From Hormiphora californensis (lineage: Eukaryota > Animalia > Ctenophora): a stretch of DNA of 64,000 nt. Every line of letters begins with the position of its first letter. The stretch's first letter is position 1. The stretch covers positions 7,750,001-7,814,000 of the forward strand of contig CM035357.1 in assembly GCA_020137815.1 (NCBI GenBank), written 5' to 3'. The notes beneath the pieces are model-generated. The model was given only the letters and a program-made list of their open reading frames with translations. It was not told where the DNA came from and did not search any database. Below, piece by piece: positions 1-13,958 of the stretch. The translations under genes and the position numbers were made by a program.

Positions 1-462
1 CGAGTTAGTGGTATGATTCAGGGATATTTTAAGAAGTGATAGCAAGTATTATTAATAAAAGGCGCACAACAGAAATTATAGCGGATTATAGCTTGGTACA
101 GCCTACCAGTGATAGAGACATATCTTCAGGGACCTGTAATTTACACTTATTTATAAACTACCTTGTACTTTACAAGCATTGTAAAGACTTGATGTGTATT
201 TATAGGTGTTTTGTAAAAGGTAGTAGTTGTATAAAGACCAGGAAGTGCTGGGTACATGGGCAGAACTCTCACACACGTGCCTCTACACTCTACATACTCT
301 ACTCTGCCTATTCTGTAATTCCCCTCATGTCTCTACATCATTATATATCTACACCGGACACCTCTCTATCACCCCTCTCTCCCTCCCCCTAGACTCCACT
401 ACACTCCACTAAATCTCCCCTCTACATCTCTCTACATCCCACTACAATACCCCCTGCAGTAC

Positions 463-3400
463 CTCGACAGCAGATGCCTGGTAGGTGACCAGTGTATGGT
501 AGAGTCCTTCCTTTGCCAGCAGCTCAGCATGTTTACCCTCCTCCTTCACTCTCCCTCCCTCTGTGGGTGGGGTGGGATTAAAATGGGTGTATACTATGTA
601 TTGTGATTGTCTGCAGGACTTTGGGTGGGGTGGGATTAAAATGGGTGTACATTATTCATGGTATTGTCTTGATCCAGACCCTAGACAATGTCATGTAGAG
701 AATATTCCTACCGATTCTTCTCAGTAACAGCTAAACACTGTCTCTCTCTCTCTCTCTCACGAGATACACAGTTCACTGTTTACATTGTACCAGTTTACAC
801 AATGAACTCACACACTAGATACATCATACCCCCACGTATAGCGTATACCAGATTAACTAGAGGGCCCGTAATCGGTATGTTGTGAGTAATAGGTTAACTG
901 AACCAGTTAACGTATTACACAGTTCTCACTCTAGATAAATCTATGATTTGCAATGTTTACTAAACACTAACCAATAGCAGAGATTTTGTCCGCATTGATA
1001 ATTGTAGACAATCTGTGAGCAATGACAAGAGTAGTCCTCCCCTCACTAGCTGCTTCAAGAGCTTTCTGTACAATCTTTTCACTCTCTGTATCAAGGGCAC
1101 TGGTCGCCTCATCAAGAAGGAGAATCTTAGGATTACGGACGAGAGCCCGGGCAATGGCTATCCTCTGTTTCTGGCCACCAGACAGTTTGGAACCACGTTC
1201 ACCACAGAGAGAGTTGTATTTCTAAGGGGAAAAAAGTTCAAGGTTCAAGACTCAACTAATGAAATGTAAATATCTGTAAAAATATCTGTAAGATATCTGT
1301 AAAGATTGAAATTTCAAACACTTACATCAGGCAGGCTCATAATAAAGTCATGAGCAAAGGCCTTCTGGCAAGCAGCAACAATCTCCTCGTGAGTAACATC
1401 CTCCCTTCCGTACCTGTTAGGAGAGAGGAGATGAAATGAGAGGAGGGGGGCTGGTAATATTCATGATGAACTAAAGTGGGTTCAATCTTTCTAGTTCCAA
1501 GTTTCCTGCTATTGTATACCTGATATTCTCCTCGATGGTGGTAGCAAAGAGGACAGGTTCCTGTCCAACAAGTCCTATCTGTTCCCTCAGCCACCTCAGA
1601 TTGATCTCTCTAATGTCAGTACCATCTAGTATTATCTCTCCCTTCTCCACATCATAGAACCTCTCAATTAGTCCCACGGCGGTACTCTTACCACATCCAC
1701 TGGGTCCCACCAGGGCGTGTGTCTTCCCTGGCATCAGCGTCACAGTGAATCCTGGGAGAGGGAAGTGGGGTAACTAATACATTCGAAGGGTCGCCCATTG
1801 AATGTCAGAGTGTCACTTGGTGCAGAGCTAAACACAAAACCACGATTAAGCCAGCAACATACCGTTCATAACTTGAACCTCCTTTCTTGAAGGGTAGAAG
1901 AAGTCAACATTTCTAAACTCGATACGGCCGTTACACTGATCTGGTTTCTTTCCCTCATCTGACTTCTCGTGGTCAATCTTGGATTTCTGAAATGTTGTGT
2001 GTCAAGATACAATAGATCAAATTCCGTACGTGCTGTGTACAGTAGTGTATTATAGGTATTCTCTCTCGACTCTCTCATGATATCTCTCCGTACACAGCTC
2101 ACACATGAGACACAGACAGACAGACACAGACAACTGTGTCAATTGCTTGTTAGCTATCAGAGTTTACCTACCGCGTGGGCCAATAAAAAGGGAGGGTCTT
2201 AAATCTTAGATTTCTCGGGCAGCTTAATTTCAATGGTTCTGAAATTTTGACACAATGTTGTTGAGCTTATGCCAGATATGTGTACAGAGTTTCAAGTCCA
2301 AAAATGCAGAAATTCATTAATGAACCGAAATTCCTTTTTTTATAGTTAATTGGAGGTTTTCCCTTGTTCCAAGTCGATTTGGATCGCAAAATTGTAGCCA
2401 CTCAATAGTATTAACATTTTTCAATGGCAATCTGAAATTTCATTGAAAATGAATAAAGTTTAGTGGGTGAAATTAATGAATTAAAAATGATCATTTTTTC
2501 AAAAAACATATTTTCGCTGAAAATGAGAAATTTGCACTGTAGAGATGAAATCAAAACCTAGCTGGGTTATGCTTTAATCATTTAAGTTCATTCTGGTTTG
2601 AAAAACTGTTAAATTAAAAAAATTAATTTTTTTTAAATTTTCAAATTTTCGTTAATAACTGCATAAATTAACATTTAACTGATAGTTCATTAACAAACCG
2701 TTAGTTGAGACATTAGCAAATCGAAACCTTGCTAATGGAAGCTTACCAATGCCTATACTGATTGGTAACAACAAGCGTAATGTGACCTCCATGTAAGCAA
2801 GAAAAACGTAATCAGGTTGTGACAAAATCATGTTAGCAAGATTGCAATATGTCTCGAATTTCCTTTGTTGTACCCAGTATCACATATCCGGCGTGGAGTG
2901 CAAAAGAGGTCCCTAAAAAACGGAAAAAAAACGAATAGAGAAAACCTACATTGGCTTAAAATCATGAATTTAGGGTCATTAATGAATTTTTGCATTTTTG
3001 GACTTGAAACTCTGTACACATATCTGGCATAAGCTCATGAACATTGTGTCAAAATTTCAGAACCATTGGAATTAAGGTGCCGGAGAAATCTAAGATTTAA
3101 GACCCTCCCTTTTTATTGGCCCACGCGGTATATTTTACCCATAATTTACATTTTATACAACTCAATCTCTTCATATCCATGTCATTAGTCACTACAATTA
3201 CTGTACCCCCTACATTGTATTTACCCGGGCGAATAGTATCGTATAACTGAGTAAGCAGCACCTCGTCCCTCTGCCATAGATTGGAAATGAGGGGCAGCGT
3301 GTCCGATAGCGAAGGAACCAATGAGAATATTGAAGAAGGCGAATCAAGATGTCACCGGGGCTGGTCCCTGCTTTCCACACTGCTGGGCACCAAACCTGGA

Positions 3401-5648
3401 GAGTGGGAGGGTGAGGGTTTTGCTTCTAGAATAAAGAGAACTATTTTAACAACTCTTGTCGTATCTTCTTCCTAAATTGTAGAAGGTAGCAAGTTCAGAA
3501 ACACAAACAAATCCATTCTGGAATTAGTCGACCAACTTATTTTTTTCATGGGACAAATAGTATCTAAATTCTAAACCCCGTACTCGTGTCATGACTATCA
3601 AACTTGAAATATGTATTTACCAGAAGGCAAGCCCATAAGTTCCGAACATGACCAACATAGTGAAACCAATAGAAACTCCGGAAAAGAGGCCTCCCTGTTT
3701 ACCGTTCTCCTTACATAATATCACTTCCTTATTGTACCTCTTGCACTCGTGCTTCTCTCCGCCTGGGAGGGGGTGATACATTTAGATGGAGATATTTCTC
3801 TCCGCCTGGTGGTGATACATTTAGATGGAGTGCAATGTGAAACGAGTTAGATCAAGCAACTTGATCTAAATCGTTTCACTTTGTAATTATTCCGCTATCG
3901 GGGATCCCGATAAAGCACTGTTGGTGGGAAGTGAACCAGTTGTTTGAGTAACATGTTGCCTGTAGCTAGAGCTGTCTGAACTTGTTGTGTATCATCTCAA
4001 CATCAAATTACACACACACACACCTACACACTGCCACACACACCTACACACTGCCACACACACCTACACACTGCCACACACACCTACACACTGCCACTCA
4101 CACCTACACACTGCCACTCACACCTACACACTGCCACTCACACCTACACACTGCCACTCACACCTACACACTGCCACACACACCTACACACTGCCACTCA
4201 CACCTACACACGGTCACACACACTTGAAAACATCAGTCACATACTATACTACAGTCACATACGACTCTCAAGCACGCTACATCAGATACTACTACAGCAG
4301 CTGTAGTGAGTGAATCCATTACACCTGTACTAATGCTAATGCATGGCGGGTGGACACAAGTAATAATATTTCAGGAATTAGAAGGAGGGAACACTCACCG
4401 AACGATACGACTGTTCTAATTGCACCAAGCACCTCTTCTGCAACACCTCCTGCAGCAGCGTAGGCTGTCTGTTCCTTCGCGGCATACGTCTCCATAATCT
4501 AGATGAGGATCAATTCGTGACAATATGTTGGGAAATCAGGTTTGAAACACTGAATATGTCATGGGAATTCAAACATTGTTATTTTCCTCCCGAAGACTCA
4601 CCTTACTGAATGCGAACCCACCAATGGCCATTAGAGGTGAGGTTGACATAATGACAAGAGATAGTTTCCACTCGTAACAAAATGCAATGATAAATCCTGC
4701 TACAAAGGCAGTCATCCACTGAATAGCCATGGATACTTTGTCAGACATCCCTGCCTTTATCTTCTCTATATCACTGAACGGAGGGTTAGGGAGGGGAGGG
4801 TTAGAGATTATAGATTCGCTAATTCAATGCTCCTGGACAGAACATTGGTTACAAAGTCACCCCTATTATTGCATGTGAGCTTGGGGCGGAGGGGTAATTT
4901 CATTACCAAGATATAACACGTGTGTCACATGTTAGTTGTTAGTATGGGTAAATACCTTGAGAGACGGGTTGTCAGTTCACCGCTGGATTTCTCATCAAAC
5001 CATCCAATTTCTTGCCTCATGATAGCTCGGAAGTACTCCATCCTGATCCTATTGCATTGACTCTCAGCAGCAAGCAACATAAACGCATGGGCAAAATAAC
5101 CAGCAATAATGTTCACTGAAAGAAGATGATCAAATTGAACGCACTTCTGTTAGAAGTATAATGTATCTGAACAAATATATGCTGCTACGATAAATTGAAT
5201 ATACTTTATCAACTGTGTATCATAAACTTACATGCTGATGCACCGATGTACATCAGTGCAAAATCTCCCATTTTATCTCCAACTTGGTTCAAATCTGATA
5301 AATCGTTAATCATCGATCCAAAGATGATCATGACAGCGGGCCACTGAGCTCCTTTGATAATGGCCCAGAAGGAGGCTATTACAATGAAGAATACATCTCT
5401 CTTAGTTGCAAACTTGTAATACTCCATGAAGCCAACTGCGGGCGGGGGTGGTTCGCACTCGCACTCATCTTTATCTTTACATTTCTTGCACTTCTTTTTG
5501 TCTTCTTTACCGCTCCTGAGAGTACAAATGTGTTAACCTCTAGCACTGGAAGAGCTCATTTAACTACTTACTTCACTTCAACATCAACATTGTCGTTAGA
5601 ATAGGTTTGCCCATTTTCTAAGTCGGCGTCAACCTTTGCCGACCCCAT
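463..5648 (-). CDS. ABCB1: ABCB1/MDR-type ABC transporter (P-glycoprotein), N-terminal TMD1+NBD1; the gene continues past the window start
   Basis: GT-AG exons encode [53 protein letters not shown], Walker [46 protein letters not shown] and IAHRLST. ATG at 5648. One exon (3225-3395) is frameshifted. Confidence 0.93.
2171..3128. mobile_element. Tc1/mariner-type MITE in an ABCB1 intron
   Basis: Long TIRs (CCGCGTGGGCCAATAAAAAGGGAGGGTCTTAAATCTTAGATTTCTC..., ~170 bp) flanked by TA at 2169-2170 and 3129-3130; no ORF. Confidence 0.85.
4008..4222. repeat. 20-bp minisatellite (CACCTACACACTGCCACACA)n, ~10 copies
   Basis: Directly visible tandem units. Confidence 0.95.
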
Positions 5649-5869
5649 CCCTAAAATAAGTAAGTTTGTTAGATTGAGACTATTCTAATTCAACGCAGTC
5701 ATGAAATTCAATAATATCAACCCATTCATATTCGGGTCCAGGAATTTCCGAACACCAAAACTCTGTCACGGGTCGGACCAACCGACGCCCTTCGATCAGG
5801 CCAGGAGCGGCGGAGTTGGCGAGAGGTTCTCTCCTATGGGGAGCGCCTTACTAAAGTAAAACCCAAACA

Positions 5870-8800
5870 AAAAGATCCGTACTTGGATTTTGTGAAATTT
5901 CCCACGGCCATAGCTAGGCTCCACTCCCTAATGAGACTTGAAATTTGTTTGCCTAGCTCGACCCCCTTTTTGTTTTGTACGAAGATCATGTCGAGTTCTA
6001 CCTAGTGCCTACAAAACAAATTTCAAGTCTCTATCTCATCACTCATCAGAGAATGGCAGTGGAAAATTTCACAAAACCCAAGTGAGGGTCTTTTTAGTTT
6101 GGATTTTTTAAATGATCATAATTCCGGTTCCTGATGAGTTAAAGACTTGAAATTTAGAAGTTATGAAGATAGTTTACAAGTTTACAAGTTTACAAAATTA
6201 GATTCGGCATACAATGCATAAAGACAAATATACCACGTTCTCAGCATGATGCTTCTACGTACAATGATGTGAATGATGCAGTGACCAACATACACTACCC
6301 AGGGGGGAGCAGTGTAACCAATGAGTTGTCGTTGGGACTCCTGTAGCCCCGAACTGGAGGGTGATCAGGTATACCATCCAGGAACTTGCCAAGAGAAACT
6401 TTGAGATCCTCTAGTGTTTCGCATCTACGAACTTCTTTCGGCATCCTATTGAAGAGCTTGACTGACCTCACTGAGAATGATCCTTCCCTGATGGTCTCAA
6501 TTGAATCTTGGGCCGTAGTGTAAAGGTCCGGGTATTCAGCTAGGAGACCCCGCCGTGGATGAACCTTGAATGACTCGTCCACGGGCCTGGTGGTATGGTT
6601 CGGGACGAGTCCATGATATACTTTCCAGAGATGGATTATCATGAATCGCTCCCGTCGCCGTTGAAGTGACTGGATCCCCAGGAACTTGAGCCTCTCCCAG
6701 TAGTCCATCCCGATGCACTCCTCGATCCGCCGCGTAAAGAATCTCTGGACTCCCTCGAGCTTAGCGATGTTACCAATCGTCGTGGGAGACCAGAGAGCCG
6801 AACAGTATTCTAGCTTTGGCCTGACCAATGCCTTGAAAAGTGTTATCATCGTTCGTTTCGACCGGTTTCTGAACACTCCGAGGGCCCATCCAGCGATCCT
6901 CTTGGCCTCTGTTGCGATGGTTGCGATGTGGAAATCGAACTTTCCATCCTCTGTCAGGTATATCCCAAGGTCTTTTACTCCGAATTCTGCTTCGATGATA
7001 TCTCCGTTCGGGTTGAAGTAGAAATAGCATTCAGCATTGAAAGGTAGATCTCTCAGTGGCTTCGTGGAGTTTAACCTGTAATTCAGGACCTGAAACTTTT
7101 TCTCGTGGAGAGCCATGTTGTTCTTCCGGCTCCACTCCTCTATCAAGTTCAAGTCTCTCTGGAGGCTGTCCCTATCGTTCAGATCCCTGATATCTTGACC
7201 AATCTTGGTATCATCAGCGAAAGTTCCAAGTTTTCCGGTCGTTCCTGATACCAGATCGGTAATGTAGATAATGAACAATAGTGGGCCCAAGACTGATCCT
7301 TGAATGACACTGCTGATCACCGCCTCCATCCTCGATCTGCATCCTTCCAATACGACAGTCTGCGATCTTCCTGTGAGAAAAGCTTGTATCCACATGAACA
7401 GCTTCCCAGTTACTCCATACCTTTGAAGCTTTTGAAGAAGGACTTGAATATCAACTTTGTCAAAAGCCTTCTCAAAATCTATGTAGGCTACGTCTACTTC
7501 TAGTCCACTGTTCAGACTCTCCAGAATCGTGTCGTAGTGTAACAGTAGCTGTGTGAGACAGCTCCGACCCGCCCGAAAACCATGCTGCTCCTCATTCAGG
7601 ATTCCACTGTTCTCCACGTAGTCCGAAAGTTGTGTCCTCACTACTCTCTCAAATGTCTTGACCAGATGCGAAGTTAGTGCAACTGGGCGGTAGTTCTCTG
7701 GTTGACATTTGTTGCCCTTCTTGAAAATTGGGGCAATCTGCTGCTCCTTGAGTTGTTGAGGTATAAAGCCGGCCTCAAATGAGCGACTCCAGAGTTTCCA
7801 TAACGGGTATGCCAGTACTCCTCTGCAGTCGTGGAGAATCTTTGCGGGAATATCTCCATCCGGCGCAGCAGAATAAGGGTTCAGTTCCGCAAGGGCCTCC
7901 TCGATAGTAGATGGGTTAAAGATGATTTCTGAGATGCTCTCCTGTCGTTGAGCTATCCCCTCTAGGGCCTCGTCCACATCAACTGTTGTTGGGTCACTGA
8001 AAACCTTGACATACTGGTCCTGAAGGAGTTCAGCTTTCAGGACAGGGTCATCAGTCAGCGTGCCGTCTTCCTTTAGAAGGGGACCCACGTTTGTCTTGAC
8101 TTTTCGCTTATTCTTGGCATAAGAGAAAAAGTACTTAGGGTTCTCCTTGATCTTCGAAACAGCTTCATCCTCTTCAGAGTTGATCTGCTGCAGAAGATGT
8201 TGTCGAATTTCTTCCACACATCTCTGTACACGAGCAAGTAGTTTCTCGATCCTTGACGGGCTTGCTTTCTCGATCCTTGACGATCATGCCAAGTTCTTAC
8301 GAACCTTCCAATTTCAAGCCTCTTTCTTTTTAGGAACCGGAGATATGACCAATTTTGTTATTTTGAGAAACGTTTAAAGTCGGATTTTTTGAAACTGTCA
8401 CCCCCCTGAGTTTTCAAATTTCTTTAAATGACCATAAGTCCGGTTCCTGATGAGATAGAAACTTGAAATTTGGAGGTTATAAAGATCTTGCTAAGTTCTT
8501 CCGAACCTCCAAATTTCAAATCTCTATCTTATCAGGAACCGGAGATATGACAAATTTGTTATTTCAGGGGGGTGACAGTTTCAAAAAATCCGACTTTAAA
8601 ATACGACTTTAAAACAAAAAAAAGTTCAAAAACAAAAAACTGTTTAGTTATGAATCTCGCATAATTGCAGCTCAGCACGGCGCATGATACGGAATGCGCG
8701 AATTTAATTACAAAAACACTGCAATTTTGAGCCGCGCGCTGTGTCGCGCGTTTCAATTTTCCAGGTTTTAAAATCTTTTTTTATTCATCTTATCTATCTA

Positions 8801-8890
8801 GACCAAGGAACCCTATGCTGAAGTTATCAGCCACTTCAGAACAAGGCTGAGATTCGGACTTTTGAGGGCCTGTCTGATCGCCCTCAGAGG
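5870..8890. repeat. Internally repetitive, hairpin-rich interspersed element, split by the LINE at 6171-8281
   Basis: Recurring GACTTGAAATTT...AAATTTCAAGTC modules on both sides of the LINE. The 6141-6170 + 8282-8320 junction rebuilds a unit similar to 8461-8520. Boundaries approximate. Confidence 0.45.
6171..8281 (-). mobile_element. 5'-truncated CR1/L2-group LINE (RT only)
   Basis: ORF 6295-8217 has NYRPVALTS, QHGFR, YIDFEKAFDKV, QGSVLGPLLF and FADD. 3' tail is (TTGTAAAC)3. Short duplication TTCTCGATCCTTGACG at the 5' junction. Confidence 0.93.
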
Positions 8891-9159
8891 GAACAGGAGG
8901 AAGATCGTGCCCATCAATATGCACGAAGTTGAACTTTTAACGTAAAATGATGAGATTTTAGTTACTATTTATTTATTTATTTATTTATGTTTATAAGTCG
9001 CATGGGACGTGCGTGGTGTACCAGGAGTGGTGGATTGTGAAGCCACTCTTGTTGTGTCCCTCTCCCACCTTCTCCGTGTGCCAACACAACACTATACTGG
9101 TACACCCGCACAGTCGTGTTCCATTTTTTTTTCTTCCACTTTGAATCTTATCTATCTAT

Positions 9160-11880
9160 TGAACAAACTGATCCATCCTATATAGAAGCTTTCGTCGCCA
9201 GTAGATTAATTCCCTTGTCTAAGAAACCGAGTGGGATACGGCCGATAGGGATTGGTGAGGTACTCCGGAGATTGGTTGGGAAGGTGATTACGACAGCCCT
9301 AAAAGACGATATAATAGACGCGACCTAGGATAGGAGAGAGTGGACGTATAAGGGAAAGGAAACGATAAATGTACATCCCTAAAACAATGATGCAATGTTT
9401 ATTGATCCCGGGATAATGACAAACTGTGTGAAATTTGTTAATTTGTTTGTAATTATAATGGTTGTACGTGGTTATAATTGAGAATAGAGTGTGAAGTGTG
9501 TGTGTGTGTGTGTGTTTTTAATTAACTTATTATTTAACTTATTATTTAACTAACTAAATGAAGATCATGACTAATAGTTGCAGGAAATGTATCTGTACAG
9601 GACATTATTGTCAACAGACATTTCAAATTTATAGTAGTTTCTTGAGTTGTAGGTATTGGAGCCTCCTTCGAATGGCTTGGACCCATACACAATTTGTGTG
9701 TGATCTCGGGCGATTCGAAGTAGGCTCCACCGCTTTTGAAAGCCGTCAGTTTAGTCTGTGTGTTTTCTAGCATATGTAAGAACTTTTCTGACAAGTAAAA
9801 GCTATAAAGCGGAATATTAAGTATTTTGTGATGATGATGATGATGATGACCGCTCCCCTTCAGTTATGCGGGGGCCTCAAGGGTGGAGTAGAGGCTGCAG
9901 TGCACGCTGCAAGAGAGATGTTTGACTCTGAAGAATGTGAATGTTTATTATTAATTGATGCATCTAACGCTTTTAATTCATTAAACAGATCTGCTGCATT
10001 AAACAATATTCGATTTATTTGTCCTGATTTCAGCATGTACTTATCAAATACTTATGGCATGTCATCTAATTTATTCATATCCGATGGAGACGTGCATGAA
10101 ACGCTTTTATCGAAAACGGGAACCACCCAGGGTGATTCCAGCGCCATGCCCATGTATGCATGCGGTCTTATGCCTCTTGTTCTTACCCTTAGGGATGTGA
10201 AGAAGATCAGGCAGATACTTTATGCGGATGATGCCGGCGGTGGAGGAACTCTGGAGGTGGTTCGGGAGTGGTGGGATAGGGTGAAGGAGGATGGACCTGG
10301 ATATGGATACTACCCGGAACCTTCCAAGAGTTGGCTCATTGTAAAAGAAGAACACGAGCAGAGAGCCAAGAAGCTGTTTCCAGATGTTAACATCACCACG
10401 GCTGGGCAAAAATATCTAGGCTCGTTCATCGGGATGGAAAAAGGGAAGAAAGAATGGCTGAAGGAGAAAGTGGAGAAATGGGTAGTGGAGATAAAGGAGT
10501 TGTGCGAAATCGCCAAGACAGAACCTCAGCTAGCATACTCGGCCTACACGATCGGGTTAAGCAAGCGGTGGAGCTACCTCATGCGAACGACGCCCAACAT
10601 CAGCTCGGAGTTACATCCCATCGAGAAGACGATCAGAGAAGAGCTTATACCAGCTATCACGGGACAACCCTTTGTAACTGATAAGCTGCGAGCCATCATG
10701 GCTCTTCCAGCAAGACTCGGTGGCATGGGAATCGAAAACCCCTGCGAAATAGCTGACCTCGAGTACAAGAATTCCAGATATGCCACCGACGACCTTGTCA
10801 AGTCCATCCTCAACCAAGACCTGAGATACAAGCGAGACGAGGCTAGTGAGAAGCTGGCGATGAGAAACATCAAGGCAGCGAAAAACAAATTTCACGAAAA
10901 ACGAAGAGATGAGATCAAGGAGAAGCTAACTAAACGGGAAGGGCGGAACTTGGATCTTCTGGAAGAGAAAGGAGCGTCGACCTGGCTTACATGTATACCT
11001 CTACAATCACACAGGTATACGCTGAACCGGCAAGAATTTCATGATGCCCTCTCAGCCAGATACGACATGCCGGTCGTCGGAGAAGCTCGGGCCGTGGAAT
11101 GTGCTTGTGGGGAGAAGAACTCCATCGCTCACTCAATGTCATGCAAAATGGGAAAGTTCGTACAAAACCGTCACAACTGTGTGCGGGACTTTCTAGCCGC
11201 CGAACTCCAAGATGTTTGCTATGACACGAAGATCGAACCTCACCTGCTCAATGTAGGAGGAGCGGAACTACCACCGGGGACAGTGACAGGGGATGGAGCA
11301 AGGTTGGATATATCGACCAGGGGATTCTGGGGATCACAGGACTGTACCTATTTTGATGTAAGAGTTTTTGACTCAAGGGCCCAGTCCAATGAAACCGAGA
11401 ACATCGCTGATTCGTATATCAACCACGAGAAAGAGAAGAAGAAGAAATATGTTCACCGAGTAACAGAAATCGAGAAAGCGTCGTTCACGCCGCTAGTGAT
11501 GTCCATAACAGGAGGTTTCGGCACTGAATTCAAAATGTTCCTGAAGCAACTCGCCACAAAGAAGGCCCAGAAGACCGGCCACTCTTATGAGGAATGTATC
11601 AGGCACCTGCGGACTCGGCTGTCATTCTCTATGGTGAGGTCAATTACCTGTTCTATCCGAGGATACCGAGGAAGGAGCAGGCGTGATCTGCCTACAACAG
11701 ACCTCTATCATATATATTAGCTTTTTACTGTCACATTTATCATGATCTTATCTGTGTAGCCAGATGACTAGTTCGCTGTTTTTATAGAATTGAATTTGTT
11801 AGGCCGGATGCATGTGGCCTCTTTTATTATTATTATTTCTCCCCTATCTTATCCCCTTTTTTTCAGATTTTCTCCTTGGC
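9160..11880 (+). mobile_element. 5'-truncated CRE-like non-LTR retrotransposon (RT + CCHC zinc finger + restriction-like endonuclease), interrupted at 9326-9847
   Basis: RLIPLSKKPSGIRPIGIGEVLRR (9200-9325) continues into APLQL..GGVEAAVH, DASNAFN, GTTQGD, YADD, CACG..H..C, RHN, RLD...FDVRV..EKKKKY (ORF ends 11720). Confidence 0.88.
9326..9847 (+). mobile_element. Non-coding retroposed insert with (TGA)n tail inside the CRE-like RT
   Basis: Splits the RT frame between DAT and APLQ. GACC is duplicated at 9322-9325 and 9848-9851. Ends in (TGA)7. Confidence 0.7.
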
Positions 11881-11890
11881 ATGCGCTGCA

Positions 11891-12068
11891 GGGCGCCGTT
11901 ACGATCTGGGTGTTTGGAGGCCTGTTTACAGGTGCGCGCTGCCAAAAAAGTTGATTCACTAATATGGCTCTAACCGCCAAACCAATCAACCGTTTTGGCT
12001 GATTCAAAGTTTATCTGGTAGGGAATGTCAAGGCCTAACCCCAACCCAAACCCCAAACCCTAACCCCT
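11891..12068 (+). mobile_element. Left-end fragment of the MULE-like MITE also present at 30158-31023
   Basis: Near identity to 30158-30338, starting exactly at the GGGCGCCGTTAC terminus. Confidence 0.75.
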
Positions 12069-12228
12069 CAAAACATAGACTTAAAACATAGACGATACCC
12101 TAAAAGACACGAACATAAGAAAAAAAAGGTGTTGCTACAAGGGTTCTGGAGGTTGAGCAGGCCTTGTTTTGACCTTTGGTGTTCTCAGTCACGGGTGCTA
12201 TGGGGAATAGTGAACCATAATAAAGAGC

Positions 12229-13055
12229 CTCTCCAGTATGAAACTTGCCCGAGCAACAATGAACAATTTCGAAACGGTTATCAGTGTGGAAAACCTCGAG
12301 AAACAGCTGCGTGAATGTAAAGAAGAACTTGACCGCCATCGGGTTAGCGTGATCGAGCTTCAGCAAACGATTATCAACCACCAGAACCAACAACTCAGTA
12401 CAGTGACAGCATCGGTGCAGAAGGTGAAAGCCTACTCTACTGTGCTAGCACAGAATTGTGCTGCAACCTCCCCCAAAGTGGGGAAACCACTACCAGTGAA
12501 TCATCCTACTCCCGTCCAACAGCCCGGAAGAGAGAAGAACATGGTTGTGTTTGGTCTCCCAGAAACAACCGATAGAGTAGCTAAAACTACTTTAGACGAA
12601 CTTTTTGAGGAATTAAAAGAGAAACCGAAAGTGACAACGATGAAACGCATCGGCGAAAGAAATGAGAAGCGCCCTAGACCGCTCTTAGTATCCCTGGAGA
12701 AGAGAGCGACTCTCCTCGCACTCCTCAGAAAGGCACGAAACCTCAAAGACTCCAAACAGTTTTCGGCTGTTTATCTCTCTCCGGAACTTACGCCCTCTGA
12801 ACTGAAAGAGCAAAAAGCTCTAAGGTCCACTTTGAAGCGGATACGATCAGAAGATCCTGACGGCTGCTACTTCATCCGTAATAATGTTATCCAAGTGGGA
12901 TAGTTCCCCACTAACTCACCGTTATCAGAGAACCGTGCTAGGAGCAGACAGTCTACTGCAGTCCCTTTCAAATTAAGGAAAACGAGTTGTCTGTATACAA
13001 ACTGTGTCAGTGCGGGATATAAACTGTTACTATTATTATTATTATTATTATTATT
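12229..13055 (+). mobile_element. 5'-truncated copy of the ORF1-only retroelement
   Basis: ORF 12238-12903 is highly similar to the 3' two thirds of ORF 28570-29535, with the same 3'UTR and a (TAT)n tail. Absent from the paralogous site at ~30086. Confidence 0.88.
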
Positions 13056-13444
13056 AAGAGCGGACCAGATCCAAGAGCGCACCAGGACCAGGAGAGCTCC
13101 CCATTCAGAAGAGACCGTGCGCAAGGGATTCCACACGCAGAAGAGGTCGCACGCACAAATACAACGCCTCGGACATCTTCTGCGCATGGTATCCCCTGCG
13201 TGTGGTATCTTCTGGACGGGGAGCTCTCATGGATTTGGTGCACTCTTGATGGTGGTCTCTTCTGGGCGTGGTTCGCTCTTGGAGGCTCTTGATCAACTTT
13301 ATTATAGTTCACTATGAGGCTGAAAAGTTTTATCGACACCTCGTTCACCGCCTATCCAAGAAAACCTACAAGACCTATCCTGAGATCTCACACCATGAGA
13401 TATATCCGGCAACAAATAACTGCCCTTTTGAAAAGATCAAACGT

Positions 13445-13958
13445 GTGGTGGTGGTGGTGGTGGTGGTGGTGCAGATAGGTTATAGCGTGCCAAACTCTGC
13501 CCCGTAGGGCAGAACGACATTGCAACCTCGTCATAGCGTCTGTCATCGTGTTGTGGTCAGTTAATATCATGGCATTCTTAATGTCAGTCAGTCATTGTAC
13601 TTGCAAGACACTTACGCAGCCCCCACGGTTAAAGGTCGGTTGCACTCTTCGCATCTCCGCCCCGTGAGGACATTGCAGTTATCTTTCGAATAAACAACAT
13701 GGCAAGTTAGGGGGCATGTTTTCAAGCTTGGGTGGCTGTGCAGGTAGGCCTGTTCGTTTGTTTGTTACGACGACGGTCCGTCGAGTGGACACTTCTCAAG
13801 CTTGGGTCTGGGGTAGTCTGTCTATAGTAACTCTAATTAAATTATTGATTGGTAAGGTTTACTCCGGAATCATTATCAATGGTACACAATAGATGAACAG
13901 ACAATACGGACAGATGAACTTACAGCATTTGATGTATGTACAAACGTGTATTAAGCTT
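13445..13958 (-). mobile_element. Retroposed 3' fragment with (CAC)n tail
   Basis: Absent from the duplicate locus (31355-31360). (GGT)n on the + strand at 13445-13470. Confidence 0.5.

Noticed and set aside
3837-3879. Near-perfect 43-nt hairpin in an ABCB1 intron (also an imperfect inverted repeat at ~9006-9115)
   Set aside because: Single occurrence with no supporting context; probably a MITE remnant.
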